Part shown: in pieces, positions 29,829 through 39,604 of the stretch
Numbering within the stretch: position 1 is the stretch's first letter
Layout of the letters: each line of letters opens with the position of its first letter
Assembly (NCBI GenBank): GCA_977020255.1
Contig: CDROCS010002027.1
Coordinates: 62,001 to 126,000 of the forward strand
Length of the DNA: 64,000 nucleotides
Source of the DNA: Obrimoposthia wandeli
Taxonomy: Eukaryota
Reading direction: 5' to 3'
The notes under the pieces: generated by a model
The model's database searches: none
Told to the model about the DNA's origin: nothing
The model's input: the letters and a program-made list of their open reading frames with translations, nothing else
Translations under genes and position numbers: made by a program

Positions 29829-30563
29829 TTAGGGGGTTAATTGCTGTCGCTGTGGTTTAACACTAGATGGTTTATCTGAGGAGGCTTCTTTTGTCGGTAA
29901 AGCCTGGCGCCCAGGGGCTATATCATTGCTATGTGTAGCCGTTCTTAAACAGTTAATATTTTGAGGTGCACAACCAATAAGTGGATTTTGTGCAATCTGT
30001 AGCTCTACATTTTGTAATTTCAATTTAGATTGGCGGTTAAACCCTGATGCTAGATTTCCAGAACTAACAATGAACGTATCAACATAATCGCGATTCAATG
30101 CTGAGGAGGTTAAGCGCACTCTACGATTAAAAAAGTTCTGTGCAGCAACGACTACAACATCATTAGGTTTAGGCACACTGACTGTTTTGTAAGACAAGCT
30201 AATAGTTGCAGCTAAAGGCTGCTTGTCGGCATAGTTTCTTGCTGACACAATTTGTGCATTTGGCGCTATATTGTCAAAATTAGAGTTATAAATTATCGTT
30301 TTAACCACAGGGTGCTTTCTAGCATCATTTCTAACCGCTACCACTTGCACATTTGCGGTTATATGACTAAAACTTTCCAATTGCGGCTTTATAACCGCCG
30401 TTGGTATTTTCTTACTAACACCAGCACCGTGACTTACAACGGCTGTGGTATACGCAGCCTTATGCTCGGGTTCAAAATTATACTTAATAGTTAAATCGGC
30501 AGCTTCTATTGCACCGAACCATAAAAATAGAACGCTAAAAACTATCCGCTGCACAATTATCAT
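29829..30563 (-). CDS. Exported hypothetical protein
   Basis: 244-aa ORF with a signal peptide ending AIEAA; no family recognised. Confidence 0.65.
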   Translation of the reverse strand: MIIVQRIVFSVLFLWFGAIEAADLTIKYNFEPEHKAAYTTAVVSHGAGVSKKIPTAVIKPQLESFSHITANVQVVAVRNDARKHPVVKTIIYNSNFDNIAPNAQIVSARNYADKQPLAATISLSYKTVSVPKPNDVVVVAAQNFFNRRVRLTSSALNRDYVDTFIVSSGNLASGFNRQSKLKLQNVELQIAQNPLIGCAPQNINCLRTATHSNDIAPGRQALPTKEASSDKPSSVKPQRQQLTP

Positions 30564-30617
30564 ATTTTATTATTGCTGCAAAAAATGATAATACGAGCGG
30601 AATTTAATCTTATATTT

Positions 30618-32066
30618 TTATTGCTCCATCGGGAAAATAGATTCTGCATAAATAGCTAACTCTTCTAGTATCTCTCTATGGCTGCTGGTTAATTGCGTAT
30701 CTTTATACATTTCATTTAATAAATGGTAAAAAGGCTGCATCGTTAATAGCTTGCGATTATCTTCTTTTAACAGCTTCTCTTGTCTATAAGCTTCCCAACG
30801 CTGCATTTCATCGCTGTCTAGGTAATCTGGGTAGTTGCGAGCACGATAACGGAAAAACATTTCTTCTAAGCGCGAATCTTGAAAAGCTAATTCTAACTGC
30901 GCTAGGTCCTCCACTGGTGTACCGCGAATTAACTCCATTGATTTTCTATCAATATCATTAAAAAAACCACCACTGTATAACATATGATCAGGATCGCCAT
31001 CGGATTCAAAATCATCATTAGCAAATATATCGGCAAGTTTCTGCTTTAATCCAGCATAATTTCGCAACATGTCTAAATGCTTACGGCATTCGCTGCCGAC
31101 AATATTCAAGCGCTGGGCTTCATCAGCTTTCAACATTGTAGCTGGGGCTAAAATAGGGCATTTATTAATATGCACTTGCTTTAACGCTATCTTTTCATCG
31201 CTATCTTTACGCTGTTGATGAGGCAGATACATTAATCTGCATATTTCAGCGCTATCCAAGCTTATTAAGGGTAGTGGATTTTCTCTTAAATCCCAGGTAA
31301 TTACCGCGTTTTTATTAACAGGATGTACCGCTAACGGCGCTATGATAGCCGCATTGCCAACACTACTAGGATAGCGGGAAGAAATATGAAGCACAGGCTT
31401 CATCGTTGTTACATCTAGCTGTTTTTGCGCAGCTTGTTTGGTTTTTGAAAGCAATACAAAATCATATAACTTACGCTGCTTATCACGAATAATTCTCGCC
31501 AGTTCAATTGTCGCATACACGTCAGCCATTGCATCGTGCGCGTTTGCATGTTCAATTCCATTCGCTTTAGATAAATCTTCTAAGCGAAAGCTAGCGCTGC
31601 CATCTTCATAATTTGGCCACGCGATACCCTCTGGTCGTAATGCGCGTGTTAAACGCACCATATCGATTAGATCCCAGCGAGAACATTGATTTTGCCATTC
31701 TCGAGCATAAGGGTCAAAAAAATTGCGGTATAAGGTATAGCGGGTAACTTCATCATCAAAACGTAAGTTGTTATAACCAACCGTACAAGTACCCGGCACA
31801 CTCATTAAATCGTTTATCTGTGATATAAACTGCGCTTCGCAAACACCTTCTCTAAGTGCTTTTTGCGGCGTAATTCCAGTGATTAAACATGCTTGAGGGT
31901 GCGGTAAAAAATCATCACTTGGCTTGCAGTATATTTCAATTGGATCGCCAATAATATTCAGGTTTTCATCGGTGCGAATACCCGCAAACTGCATAGGCCT
32001 ATCACGTTTGGGATCAACGCCAGAGGTTTCATAATCGTGCCACAAAAATGTACGTTCTATCGTCAT
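30618..32066 (-). CDS. sbcB: Exodeoxyribonuclease I
   Basis: WHDYETSG, QFAGIRTD, GYNNLRFDDE and HDAMADVYATI. Confidence 0.96.
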   Translation of the reverse strand: MTIERTFLWHDYETSGVDPKRDRPMQFAGIRTDENLNIIGDPIEIYCKPSDDFLPHPQACLITGITPQKALREGVCEAQFISQINDLMSVPGTCTVGYNNLRFDDEVTRYTLYRNFFDPYAREWQNQCSRWDLIDMVRLTRALRPEGIAWPNYEDGSASFRLEDLSKANGIEHANAHDAMADVYATIELARIIRDKQRKLYDFVLLSKTKQAAQKQLDVTTMKPVLHISSRYPSSVGNAAIIAPLAVHPVNKNAVITWDLRENPLPLISLDSAEICRLMYLPHQQRKDSDEKIALKQVHINKCPILAPATMLKADEAQRLNIVGSECRKHLDMLRNYAGLKQKLADIFANDDFESDGDPDHMLYSGGFFNDIDRKSMELIRGTPVEDLAQLELAFQDSRLEEMFFRYRARNYPDYLDSDEMQRWEAYRQEKLLKEDNRKLLTMQPFYHLLNEMYKDTQLTSSHREILEELAIYAESIFPMEQ

Positions 32067-32174
32067 GGAAATCCAATTAAAACAAGAAGTTACTTACGAG
32101 TTGCGGTGCATATGCACTACAGCTAACTAAAATCTAATTCAATTACTGCTTTAAGTAAGCAGTTATGAGTACAA

Positions 32175-32927
32175 TCAAGCTACCTTAAAAGCGCTGACAA
32201 TATCATTCTCGATGGCAGTCAGTGCCTGCATAGGTGAAGCGGCTTTAGTGATGGGCCTTCCGATGACTAAATGGCTACTACCTAATTGTAGGGCTTTACC
32301 TGGTGTCATGATGCGCTGTTGATCATCACTACTATCACCTTGAAGACGAATTCCAGGCGTCACTAAAGCAAATTCACTACCTAAGTTAGCTCTTAATAAT
32401 TCAACTTCTTGTGCTGAGCAAACGACACCATCTAAGCCACTTTGCTGAGTCAATTTAGCTAAATTTAGAACATGTTGCTGGGGATCTACATTAATCCCTA
32501 TTTCAGCTAAATCACTTTGCTGCATACTCGTTAATACCGTAACAGCAATTAGCGAAGTTTGATTATTTTGTACTTGTTGCAGTTCATTGTAAGCCTGCTC
32601 CATCATCTTCCTGCCACCACTGGCGTGAACATTTACCATCCACACACCCAGCTCAGCAGCTGCTCGAACGGCTTTTGCTACTGTGTTGGGAATATCATGA
32701 AACTTTAAATCTAAAAATATTTCAAAACCTTGTGCACTTAACGCTTCAATGATCTTAGGGCCACTACGCGTAAACAGCTCTTTACCCACTTTTACTCGAC
32801 AACGCTTACTATCTAATTGCGATGCCATTGCCATCGCTAAATCAAAATGTGGGTAATCTAAAGCCACTATTACAGGTTTATCTAACCCCGCTCGGGCCAT
32901 TCGTACAGGAAGTGTATCGCTTTGCAT
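32175..32927 (-). CDS. pyrF: Orotidine-5'-phosphate decarboxylase
   Basis: [25 protein letters not shown] and TPGIR. Confidence 0.97.
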   Translation of the reverse strand: MQSDTLPVRMARAGLDKPVIVALDYPHFDLAMAMASQLDSKRCRVKVGKELFTRSGPKIIEALSAQGFEIFLDLKFHDIPNTVAKAVRAAAELGVWMVNVHASGGRKMMEQAYNELQQVQNNQTSLIAVTVLTSMQQSDLAEIGINVDPQQHVLNLAKLTQQSGLDGVVCSAQEVELLRANLGSEFALVTPGIRLQGDSSDDQQRIMTPGKALQLGSSHLVIGRPITKAASPMQALTAIENDIVSAFKVA

Positions 32928-33085
32928 AGTATCCTCTTAATCTTAACAAACAGGGCTTTTAACGAGTGTAATTCTACATTTTTGCTCACTAGAATAACAA
33001 TATTATATCTTTAGTGTTAATCATTAACGTGCTTGTAACTTTCTGTTCGGATAACCATTCATCCGTGGTATTTTCCCTAGCCCAT

Positions 33086-33114
33086 AAAAAAGGCGATTAA
33101 TAAATTAATCGCCT
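33086..33114 (-). terminator. Intrinsic terminator downstream of lapA
   Basis: AGGCGATTAA/TTAATCGCCT hairpin followed by a U-tract on the minus strand. Confidence 0.75.
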
Positions 33115-33205
33115 CATTTTAACACTATCTTTAAAACAAATAATCTTAGGTAAAAAGCTGACACCGAAGTCTTCGAGCTTAAAATCTAGAACCTAGAACT
33201 AAAAA

Positions 33206-33490
33206 TTAAGCACGATAAGCTTCCAATTCCTTGCTTACAGCTTGCTCTTTACGCTTGGAAATATTCAACTTGGTTTTCAGTCCTAGAATGGCAAAGGTAC
33301 TTAAAAATGTACCCAAAATGCCACCTGTCACAAAAAATGCGATTAACCATAGTGAAAGGCTTGCTTGTGGGAGTTGCACAAAAATAAGATCTATAGCCAC
33401 TTTATCCGTATTATGAATTGTAAATAACACTCCGACTAATAAAACAAAGATACAAATAATTAGTACGAGTAGCATTTTTAGCCAGCGCAT
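33206..33490 (-). CDS. lapA: LapA-family membrane protein
   Basis: Two TM segments with HN..V..DL..and a C-terminal coiled tail; canonical position after ihfB. Confidence 0.82.
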   Translation of the reverse strand: MRWLKMLLVLIICIFVLLVGVLFTIHNTDKVAIDLIFVQLPQASLSLWLIAFFVTGGILGTFLSTFAILGLKTKLNISKRKEQAVSKELEAYRA

Positions 33491-33532
33491 TGGTTTTCTC
33501 CAGATTATCTTTAATATTCTAATATCGTATTG

Positions 33533-33826
33533 CTAGTTTTTGCCAATGCTTGCATTTACTTGCTCGCGTAGTTCTTTTCCGGGTTTGAAATGTGGCACAT
33601 ACTTTTCAGAAAGAGCAACTGATTCACCCGATTTAGGGTTGCGGCCAATTCGTGGTGCTCGATAGTGCAGTGAAAAACTACCGAACCCGCGCACTTCAAT
33701 ACGCCCACCGTTCGATAATGATTCCGTCATATGATCAAGCATTGTTTTAGCTGCTGACTCAACATCTTTAACTGAAAGCTCTGGATGTTTATCTATTAGT
33801 AATTCTATTAATTCAGATTTTGTCAT
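33533..33826 (-). CDS. ihfB: Integration host factor beta
   Basis: MTKSELIE...[25 protein letters not shown]...[10 protein letters not shown]. Confidence 0.97.
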   Translation of the reverse strand: MTKSELIELLIDKHPELSVKDVESAAKTMLDHMTESLSNGGRIEVRGFGSFSLHYRAPRIGRNPKSGESVALSEKYVPHFKPGKELREQVNASIGKN

Positions 33827-34165
33827 TTATTTTCTCCTAGAGGTCCAGTCTCTATTAAATATTGATTCTTAAACCTATTCTAAGATTAAAGTAATTTTAC
33901 TAAGCTATGTTAATAACATATTAAGCATATATTATTATACCACTGACTTCCATGTTTTAAGCCTAATACGCCTACAGATTAAGTAACTTGTAACCTTACT
34001 ACGATCTGATTGTAGTTATTCTATTCTCAAAACTACCGCTAAACGGTTGTTTTATTCAACCTTAGCTTAAAACATCTAACAAAATATTGAATTCTCCATG
34101 TATTCAGCACCTTGAAGAGCTTTATCGCTATTCTAACCTCGTTTAGCGCCTTTTGTCGCGGCCTC

Positions 34166-35854
34166 TCACTTATCTTTTTTATCTAATTGCGCTTTTATCA
34201 AGTCACCTATGGTTGTCGGTGCTAAATCTGCACTTGCTCGCTCCTTAACAGAGTTAAGTGCTTCTTTTTCTTGTTGCTGTTCCATTTGCTTAATCGAGAC
34301 TTGAATTTTGCGGTTTCTTGTATCTATTTGGGTAATCATTACCTCTATGCTTTGCCCTTTCTTCAATACAGAGTTTAAATCTTCAACTCTATCTTGCGAA
34401 GCATCCGCACGTCTTAGTGTAGCGGTAACACCTTCAGCTAAATTCAACACTGCTTGATTCGTTTCAATTTCTAACACTGTCGCAGTGACGATAGCACCTT
34501 TTTTATGTGCTGATGTATAGCCTGCAAAATCATCACCACTTAATTGCTTAATACTTAAGGCTATTCGCTCTTTTTCGATATCAACAGACAATAGAACGGT
34601 TTCCACTTCATCGCCTTTCTTATAAGCCTTGACCGCTTCATTACCCGCGATATCCCAAGATATATCTGATAAGTGCACTAAACCATCTACGCCTTGACCT
34701 ACTGATACAAATAGACCGAAATCAGTAATTGAACGAATTTTACCGCTAATTTTATCTCCCGCCTTAAACTTAGCTGAGAAAGCTTGCCATGGATTTTGGC
34801 CGCACTGTTTCATACCCAGAGAAATACGTCGATTATTGGTATCAATATCTAATACCATCACTTGTATTTCCTCACCTATTGTAACTACTTTGGAAGGGTG
34901 AATATTACGATTAGTCCAATCCATTTCTGATACATGTACTAAACCTTCCACTCCTTCAACAATCTGTGCAAAACAACCATAGTCAGTGAGATTAGTGACG
35001 GTTGCTGATGTTTGATCACCCACTTTAAGCTTTTCAATTTGGGTAGTCCAAGGGTCAGGGGCTAATTGCTTAAGACCCAGTGAAACTCTAGATTTTTCGC
35101 GATCAAACTTAAGTATCTTAACTTCGATTTCATCCCCTAAGCCGAGTATCACTGATGGATGCTTTACTCGCTTCCAAGCGATATCTGTAATATGTAACAA
35201 ACCATCTAACCCACCTAGATCAACAAAAGCACCGTAGTCAGTGATATTTTTAACAATGCCTTTAACTACTTGACCTTGATCCAATGTTTCTAATAATTTA
35301 TCTCTGACAGCGAAATTTCGCTCTTCAAGAACAGCCCGTCTTGAAACGACGACATTGTTCTTCTTGATATCTAATTTGACTAGTTTGAATTCTAAAGGAC
35401 AACCTTCTAGATGAGAAGAATCTCTCAAGGGATGCATATCGAGTAATGATCCGGGTAAAAATCCTTGCAAAGATCCGACGTTGACGGTAAAACCACCACG
35501 CACTTTACCAACGATAACCCCTTCAACAATATCACCTTTTTGGAAGGCAACATCCAGTACTTCCCAAGCTTCAGCACGCTTGGCTTTTTCTCTTGAGAGC
35601 TGGGTTGCACCAAAACCATCTTCTACAGATTCTAGAGCAACTCTTACTTGATCGCCAATTTTGACAGTAAGTTCATTATCACTATCGATAAATTGGCTAC
35701 GGGGAATAATCCCTTCAGATTTAAGATTGGCATTGACAATGATAAAATCATTTTCAATGGCTATCACAGTCGCACTTACAATCGCGCCTGGTTTCATATT
35801 CAGATCTTGTAAGCTTTCAGCAAAAAGATCGGCGAAGTTCTCACTCATGTTCAA
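34166..35854 (-). CDS. rpsA: 30S ribosomal protein S1
   Basis: Repeated S1 domains (TDYGAFVDLGG, TDYGCFA, TDFGLFV); located after cmk. Confidence 0.96.
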   Translation of the reverse strand: MNMSENFADLFAESLQDLNMKPGAIVSATVIAIENDFIIVNANLKSEGIIPRSQFIDSDNELTVKIGDQVRVALESVEDGFGATQLSREKAKRAEAWEVLDVAFQKGDIVEGVIVGKVRGGFTVNVGSLQGFLPGSLLDMHPLRDSSHLEGCPLEFKLVKLDIKKNNVVVSRRAVLEERNFAVRDKLLETLDQGQVVKGIVKNITDYGAFVDLGGLDGLLHITDIAWKRVKHPSVILGLGDEIEVKILKFDREKSRVSLGLKQLAPDPWTTQIEKLKVGDQTSATVTNLTDYGCFAQIVEGVEGLVHVSEMDWTNRNIHPSKVVTIGEEIQVMVLDIDTNNRRISLGMKQCGQNPWQAFSAKFKAGDKISGKIRSITDFGLFVSVGQGVDGLVHLSDISWDIAGNEAVKAYKKGDEVETVLLSVDIEKERIALSIKQLSGDDFAGYTSAHKKGAIVTATVLEIETNQAVLNLAEGVTATLRRADASQDRVEDLNSVLKKGQSIEVMITQIDTRNRKIQVSIKQMEQQQEKEALNSVKERASADLAPTTIGDLIKAQLDKKDK

Positions 35855-35984
35855 TCATCCTTGTTGACGCTGAGAATATCGGGAGCTTGTATCTCTCTAG
35901 GGTATGTTTCCTAAGATTTTCATAAAACCATATAAAAAACACACCTTACCTTGTTTATTTACCCTTAAGGTCAATACATTTTCC

Positions 35985-36686
35985 CTAGCGTAGTCCCTTG
36001 TGACGCGCTGCTTCCATCACTACATCCAAGACTTGATCTATCGTTAACTGCGTAGAATCTAGTATTAATGCATCTTCAGCGGGTTTTAAAGGCGCTATTG
36101 CACGCTGCGTATCTCGTTCGTCTCGTTTTTTTAGTTCAGCTAATATCATTTCAAGGCTAGCATCCAGCCCCTTATTTATCAACTGCTTATATCTACGACT
36201 TGCGCGCTCTTCGACACTTGCATCTAAATACACCTTTAATTGTGCCTGTGGAAACACCACAGTCCCCATATCACGACCATCAGCAATAAGCCCTGGCACA
36301 TGTGAAAACTCGCGTTGCCTATCTAGTAATGCACTGCGTACTCCAGGAATTGCCGCTATAACTGAAGCCATATTCCCTGTTTCTTCTAGACGTAATTCTT
36401 GAGTAACAGATTCCCCTTCCAGAATAACTTGCAGATCATCTTCTCCTTCTTGTACAACAAACTGCACATCTAAATGTGCCGCTAGTATTTGCAACGCATC
36501 TTCGTCTTCAACTGAAACACCATGGTGTTTAGCGGCTAGAGCAGTGAGACGATATAAAGCACCACTATCGAGTAAATTCCAGTTAAACCTTCCTGCTAAA
36601 AGCTTGCATATTGTCCCCTTACCAGAACCACTAGGACCATCAACCGTAATCACTGGACTGATTGATTCGCTTTTATTTTGAGACAT
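35985..36686 (-). CDS. cmk: Cytidylate kinase
   Basis: [30 protein letters not shown] and RDERD. Confidence 0.97.
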   Translation of the reverse strand: MSQNKSESISPVITVDGPSGSGKGTICKLLAGRFNWNLLDSGALYRLTALAAKHHGVSVEDEDALQILAAHLDVQFVVQEGEDDLQVILEGESVTQELRLEETGNMASVIAAIPGVRSALLDRQREFSHVPGLIADGRDMGTVVFPQAQLKVYLDASVEERASRRYKQLINKGLDASLEMILAELKKRDERDTQRAIAPLKPAEDALILDSTQLTIDQVLDVVMEAARHKGLR

Positions 36687-37346
36687 TAGTCTCCTCCTTT
36701 CTTATTATAATTCCAGCTCGTACTGAAATGTCTACAAATTCTGGAAATGATGTCGCCACTTGTGAGCAATTAAGCACCTTGACATCGACACTTGATCTTA
36801 AACCTGCCATCGCAAATGCCATTGCATTACGATGATCTCCTGCACTATCAACTGTCCTAGCTTTCAGTTGACCACCTTCAATAATCACGCTTTGTGCTTT
36901 TTCCTCTACTGATATACCTAATATGCGTAACCCTGTAACCCTGCAACCAAGACTGCAATTGGAGCGCTCTCTTTATGTCTGAATTCAGCTAATCCACTAA
37001 TTTCAGTAACACCTTTAGCGCAGCTTGCTGCTATAAAAATAATTGGAAACTCATCTATTGCAGCACAGACAAACTCCTGTGGGATTATAGCGCCCGTTAA
37101 TTCGCTATATTGTACTTTAATATCAGCAATAGGCTCATCATTAACCTCTCGATGATTGATTAATTCGATGTTTGCACCCATTAAATCTAAGATTTTTAAC
37201 AAACCTAAACGCTTAGGGTTAACGACAATTGCTTTTAATAAAACGTTTGCACTAGGACAAATAAGTGCTGCTACTATAAAAAATGCTGCGGATGAAAAAT
37301 CACCCGGCACAATTATCTCGCCCTTAAGCCTTGATCCAGGCTTAAT
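36673..37346 (-). pseudogene. aroA: aroA (EPSP synthase) remnant, formerly fused to TyrA
   Basis: In frame with tyrA across a TGA at 37347-37349. An internal deletion joins the N-terminal VPGD to the mid-protein (F)SSAAFF. An 8-bp duplication TAACCCTG x2 (36928-36943) shifts the frame. DEFP, KES and DHR..M motifs are still recognisable. Confidence 0.93.
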
Positions 37347-38318
37347 TCAAAAAATGGTATCTATTGTTTCTGAATCTGCGATAGATGCAGTGCCGGTGAG
37401 CATTGTCCCAAAGTGTTCACGAGCATTACGCGCCCTAATAAAAACGCCTTTTATCTGTTGCTCATTTTCAGTAGCTATCGCTTGTCGCAAGTACTCTAGA
37501 CCGGTGCTAAAAGTATCTATTTGTTGCAAAATAGCATCTTTATTGGCATAGCATACATCACTCCACATCGTAGGATCTGCTGCAGCGATTCGCGTAAAAT
37601 CACGAAAACCTCCCGCTGCGTATCGAAATATATCTAAACTCGCCGATTCTTTAGCGAGCGTATCCACCAGAGAAAATGCTAACAGATGCGGTAAATGGCT
37701 AGTAGCGGCTAACACTTCATCGTGCTTTTTCGCTTCCATTTGCAATACTTGTGCACCTGTACTTTGCCACATACGCGCGACAACCAAGATCGCTGATTCA
37801 TTCGCATTTGTATGCGGTGTTAAGATCACTTTATGTTTTACAAATAATTGGCTATTTGCAGCTTCAACACCACTTAATTCGGAACCTGCGATAGGATGAG
37901 CCGGTATAAAATTTGCGGGAACAATACCGAAAACATCAATAGCAGCCTTAATCACGCTTCCTTTAGTACTGCCTACATCACTGATGATCGTATCAGCTTG
38001 TATGTCGTCTTTAATAAGCTCTAAAACAGCGGCTGTCGCTTTTACAGGGACCGCTAAAATAATTACATCCGCCTCTCGCACTGCACTTTCAAGGCAGTTA
38101 CTACCTTGATCGATAATACCGAGCTTAACACCTAACTCAAGTACTGGTTGGCTGTTATCATAGCCAACAATTTTTCTTGAAAAGCCATTTTCTTTTATCG
38201 CTTTAGCCAACGATCCACCAATCATGCCCAAGCCAATTATTAAGGTACTTTGCACTTTGTAGAATTCTTCTTGGTCACTGTTTTTAGCAATGCTTTGGCT
38301 AATTCCTATATTCGACAT
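37347..38318 (-). CDS. tyrA: Prephenate/cyclohexadienyl dehydrogenase
   Basis: GLGMIGGS, DVGSTK, HPIAGSE, SHLPH and GGFRDFTRIA are intact. Confidence 0.93.
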   Translation of the reverse strand: MSNIGISQSIAKNSDQEEFYKVQSTLIIGLGMIGGSLAKAIKENGFSRKIVGYDNSQPVLELGVKLGIIDQGSNCLESAVREADVIILAVPVKATAAVLELIKDDIQADTIISDVGSTKGSVIKAAIDVFGIVPANFIPAHPIAGSELSGVEAANSQLFVKHKVILTPHTNANESAILVVARMWQSTGAQVLQMEAKKHDEVLAATSHLPHLLAFSLVDTLAKESASLDIFRYAAGGFRDFTRIAAADPTMWSDVCYANKDAILQQIDTFSTGLEYLRQAIATENEQQIKGVFIRARNAREHFGTMLTGTASIADSETIDTIF

Positions 38319-38353
38319 ACACTCTTTATCTCAAAGACGAATTGTTCAGTATT

Positions 38354-39490
38354 TTAAAGAACTGCTCGCGGGTAGGATCCCAGTATTTTAATTTCGCCGC
38401 AATTGGCGGCTAATTGCTGCAAAATGCGTTGAATGGTTGGTTCGCTTTGATGTCCTTCAAAATCAATATAAAAAACGGAACAGTCAGCGCCTAACACACT
38501 TTCTCCAGTGTAAGTATCGATACGAGTCAAACTGACTTCGTTTTCCCTAAAGGGAGCTAATAGAGAATACAAGGCGCCAGGTTGGTCTTTCGTTGCAATA
38601 AGAATTGAAGTTTTATCCACCCCAGAAGGGGTAATATGCTGGCGACCCACGATCAAAAATCGTGCCTTATGCTCATTACTACTACTAATGTTTTGCGCTA
38701 ATATTCGTAACTTCAAAGAAACTGCGCCATCTGAGGCAATAACAGCACTACTTTCTTCTGAAACAGCCATCTGCTGAGCCTGCTCTAAAGAAGATAGAGC
38801 GATGCGTGTTGCACCAGGGCAATGTTTATCTAACCACTTGCTGCATTGATTTAAAGTCTCACTCAGCGCATAAACTTTTTTTACGTCAGGTAATGCTAAA
38901 TTATGTTGCTGATCATTAGCGCTAGCATACAAATGTAACTGAACATCTAGGTCAACTTCACCACAGATATTTAAAGAGTAGCGTTTAAATAGGTCTAAGG
39001 TTTGATTTGCCACCCCTTGAGTACTGTTATCTATAGGCACTACTCCGTAATTCACATCACCACTTTCAACTTCTTTAAATACCTGGTCTAAAGAGTTAAC
39101 CGCTATCGTCATTGCACTATTGCCAAAATGCTTGTGTGAAGCAAGTTGAGCAAAGGCACCAGCTGGGCCCAAATAAGCAATTTGTAAAGGTTTTTCATGC
39201 GCTAGGCATACTGACATCACTTCGCGAAAAAGCCTTGCAACCGCTTTATCTTCAAGTGGGCCTTCGTTACGCTCCATTACTTTGCGCAGTACTTGAGCTT
39301 CACGTTCCGGACGGTAAAAGACAGCATCATCAGTGCCTTGGAATTTTTCTTTTACCACTGCAACTTGCTGAGCACAGCTCGCTCTTTGATTAATCAGCTG
39401 ATGTATTTGTTGATCAATAGCATCAATTTGAATGCGTAATTTCAGTAACTCTTGTTCTTGTTGTTCTTGTTGTTTTGGCTGAGCAGTCAT
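38354..39490 (-). CDS. pheA: P-protein: chorismate mutase + degenerate prephenate dehydratase + ACT
   Basis: The CM domain is intact (LR..ID..D...R...K..YRPERE). PDT/ACT architecture is present, but its catalytic motifs are substituted. Confidence 0.9.
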   Translation of the reverse strand: MTAQPKQQEQQEQELLKLRIQIDAIDQQIHQLINQRASCAQQVAVVKEKFQGTDDAVFYRPEREAQVLRKVMERNEGPLEDKAVARLFREVMSVCLAHEKPLQIAYLGPAGAFAQLASHKHFGNSAMTIAVNSLDQVFKEVESGDVNYGVVPIDNSTQGVANQTLDLFKRYSLNICGEVDLDVQLHLYASANDQQHNLALPDVKKVYALSETLNQCSKWLDKHCPGATRIALSSLEQAQQMAVSEESSAVIASDGAVSLKLRILAQNISSSNEHKARFLIVGRQHITPSGVDKTSILIATKDQPGALYSLLAPFRENEVSLTRIDTYTGESVLGADCSVFYIDFEGHQSEPTIQRILQQLAANCGEIKILGSYPRAVL

Positions 39491-39604
39491 AACATTCCTA
39501 AACCTTTCACAAACAAATTAATTCGGACGAACTTTAAAACAAATAATAAATATTCACTGCTACGTCAATCAGTAGCAAAATCGTTTCAATGCGTTAGTAA
39601 TCGT

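Noticed and set aside
34166-35854. rpsA looks more divergent than typical
   Set aside because: Full length with all S1 repeats; the divergence cannot be quantified without an alignment.
37347-37349. TGA as selenocysteine or programmed read-through giving an active TyrA-AroA fusion
   Set aside because: The downstream AroA is internally deleted and frameshifted, and no SECIS-like hairpin role is evident; a nonsense mutation is simpler.
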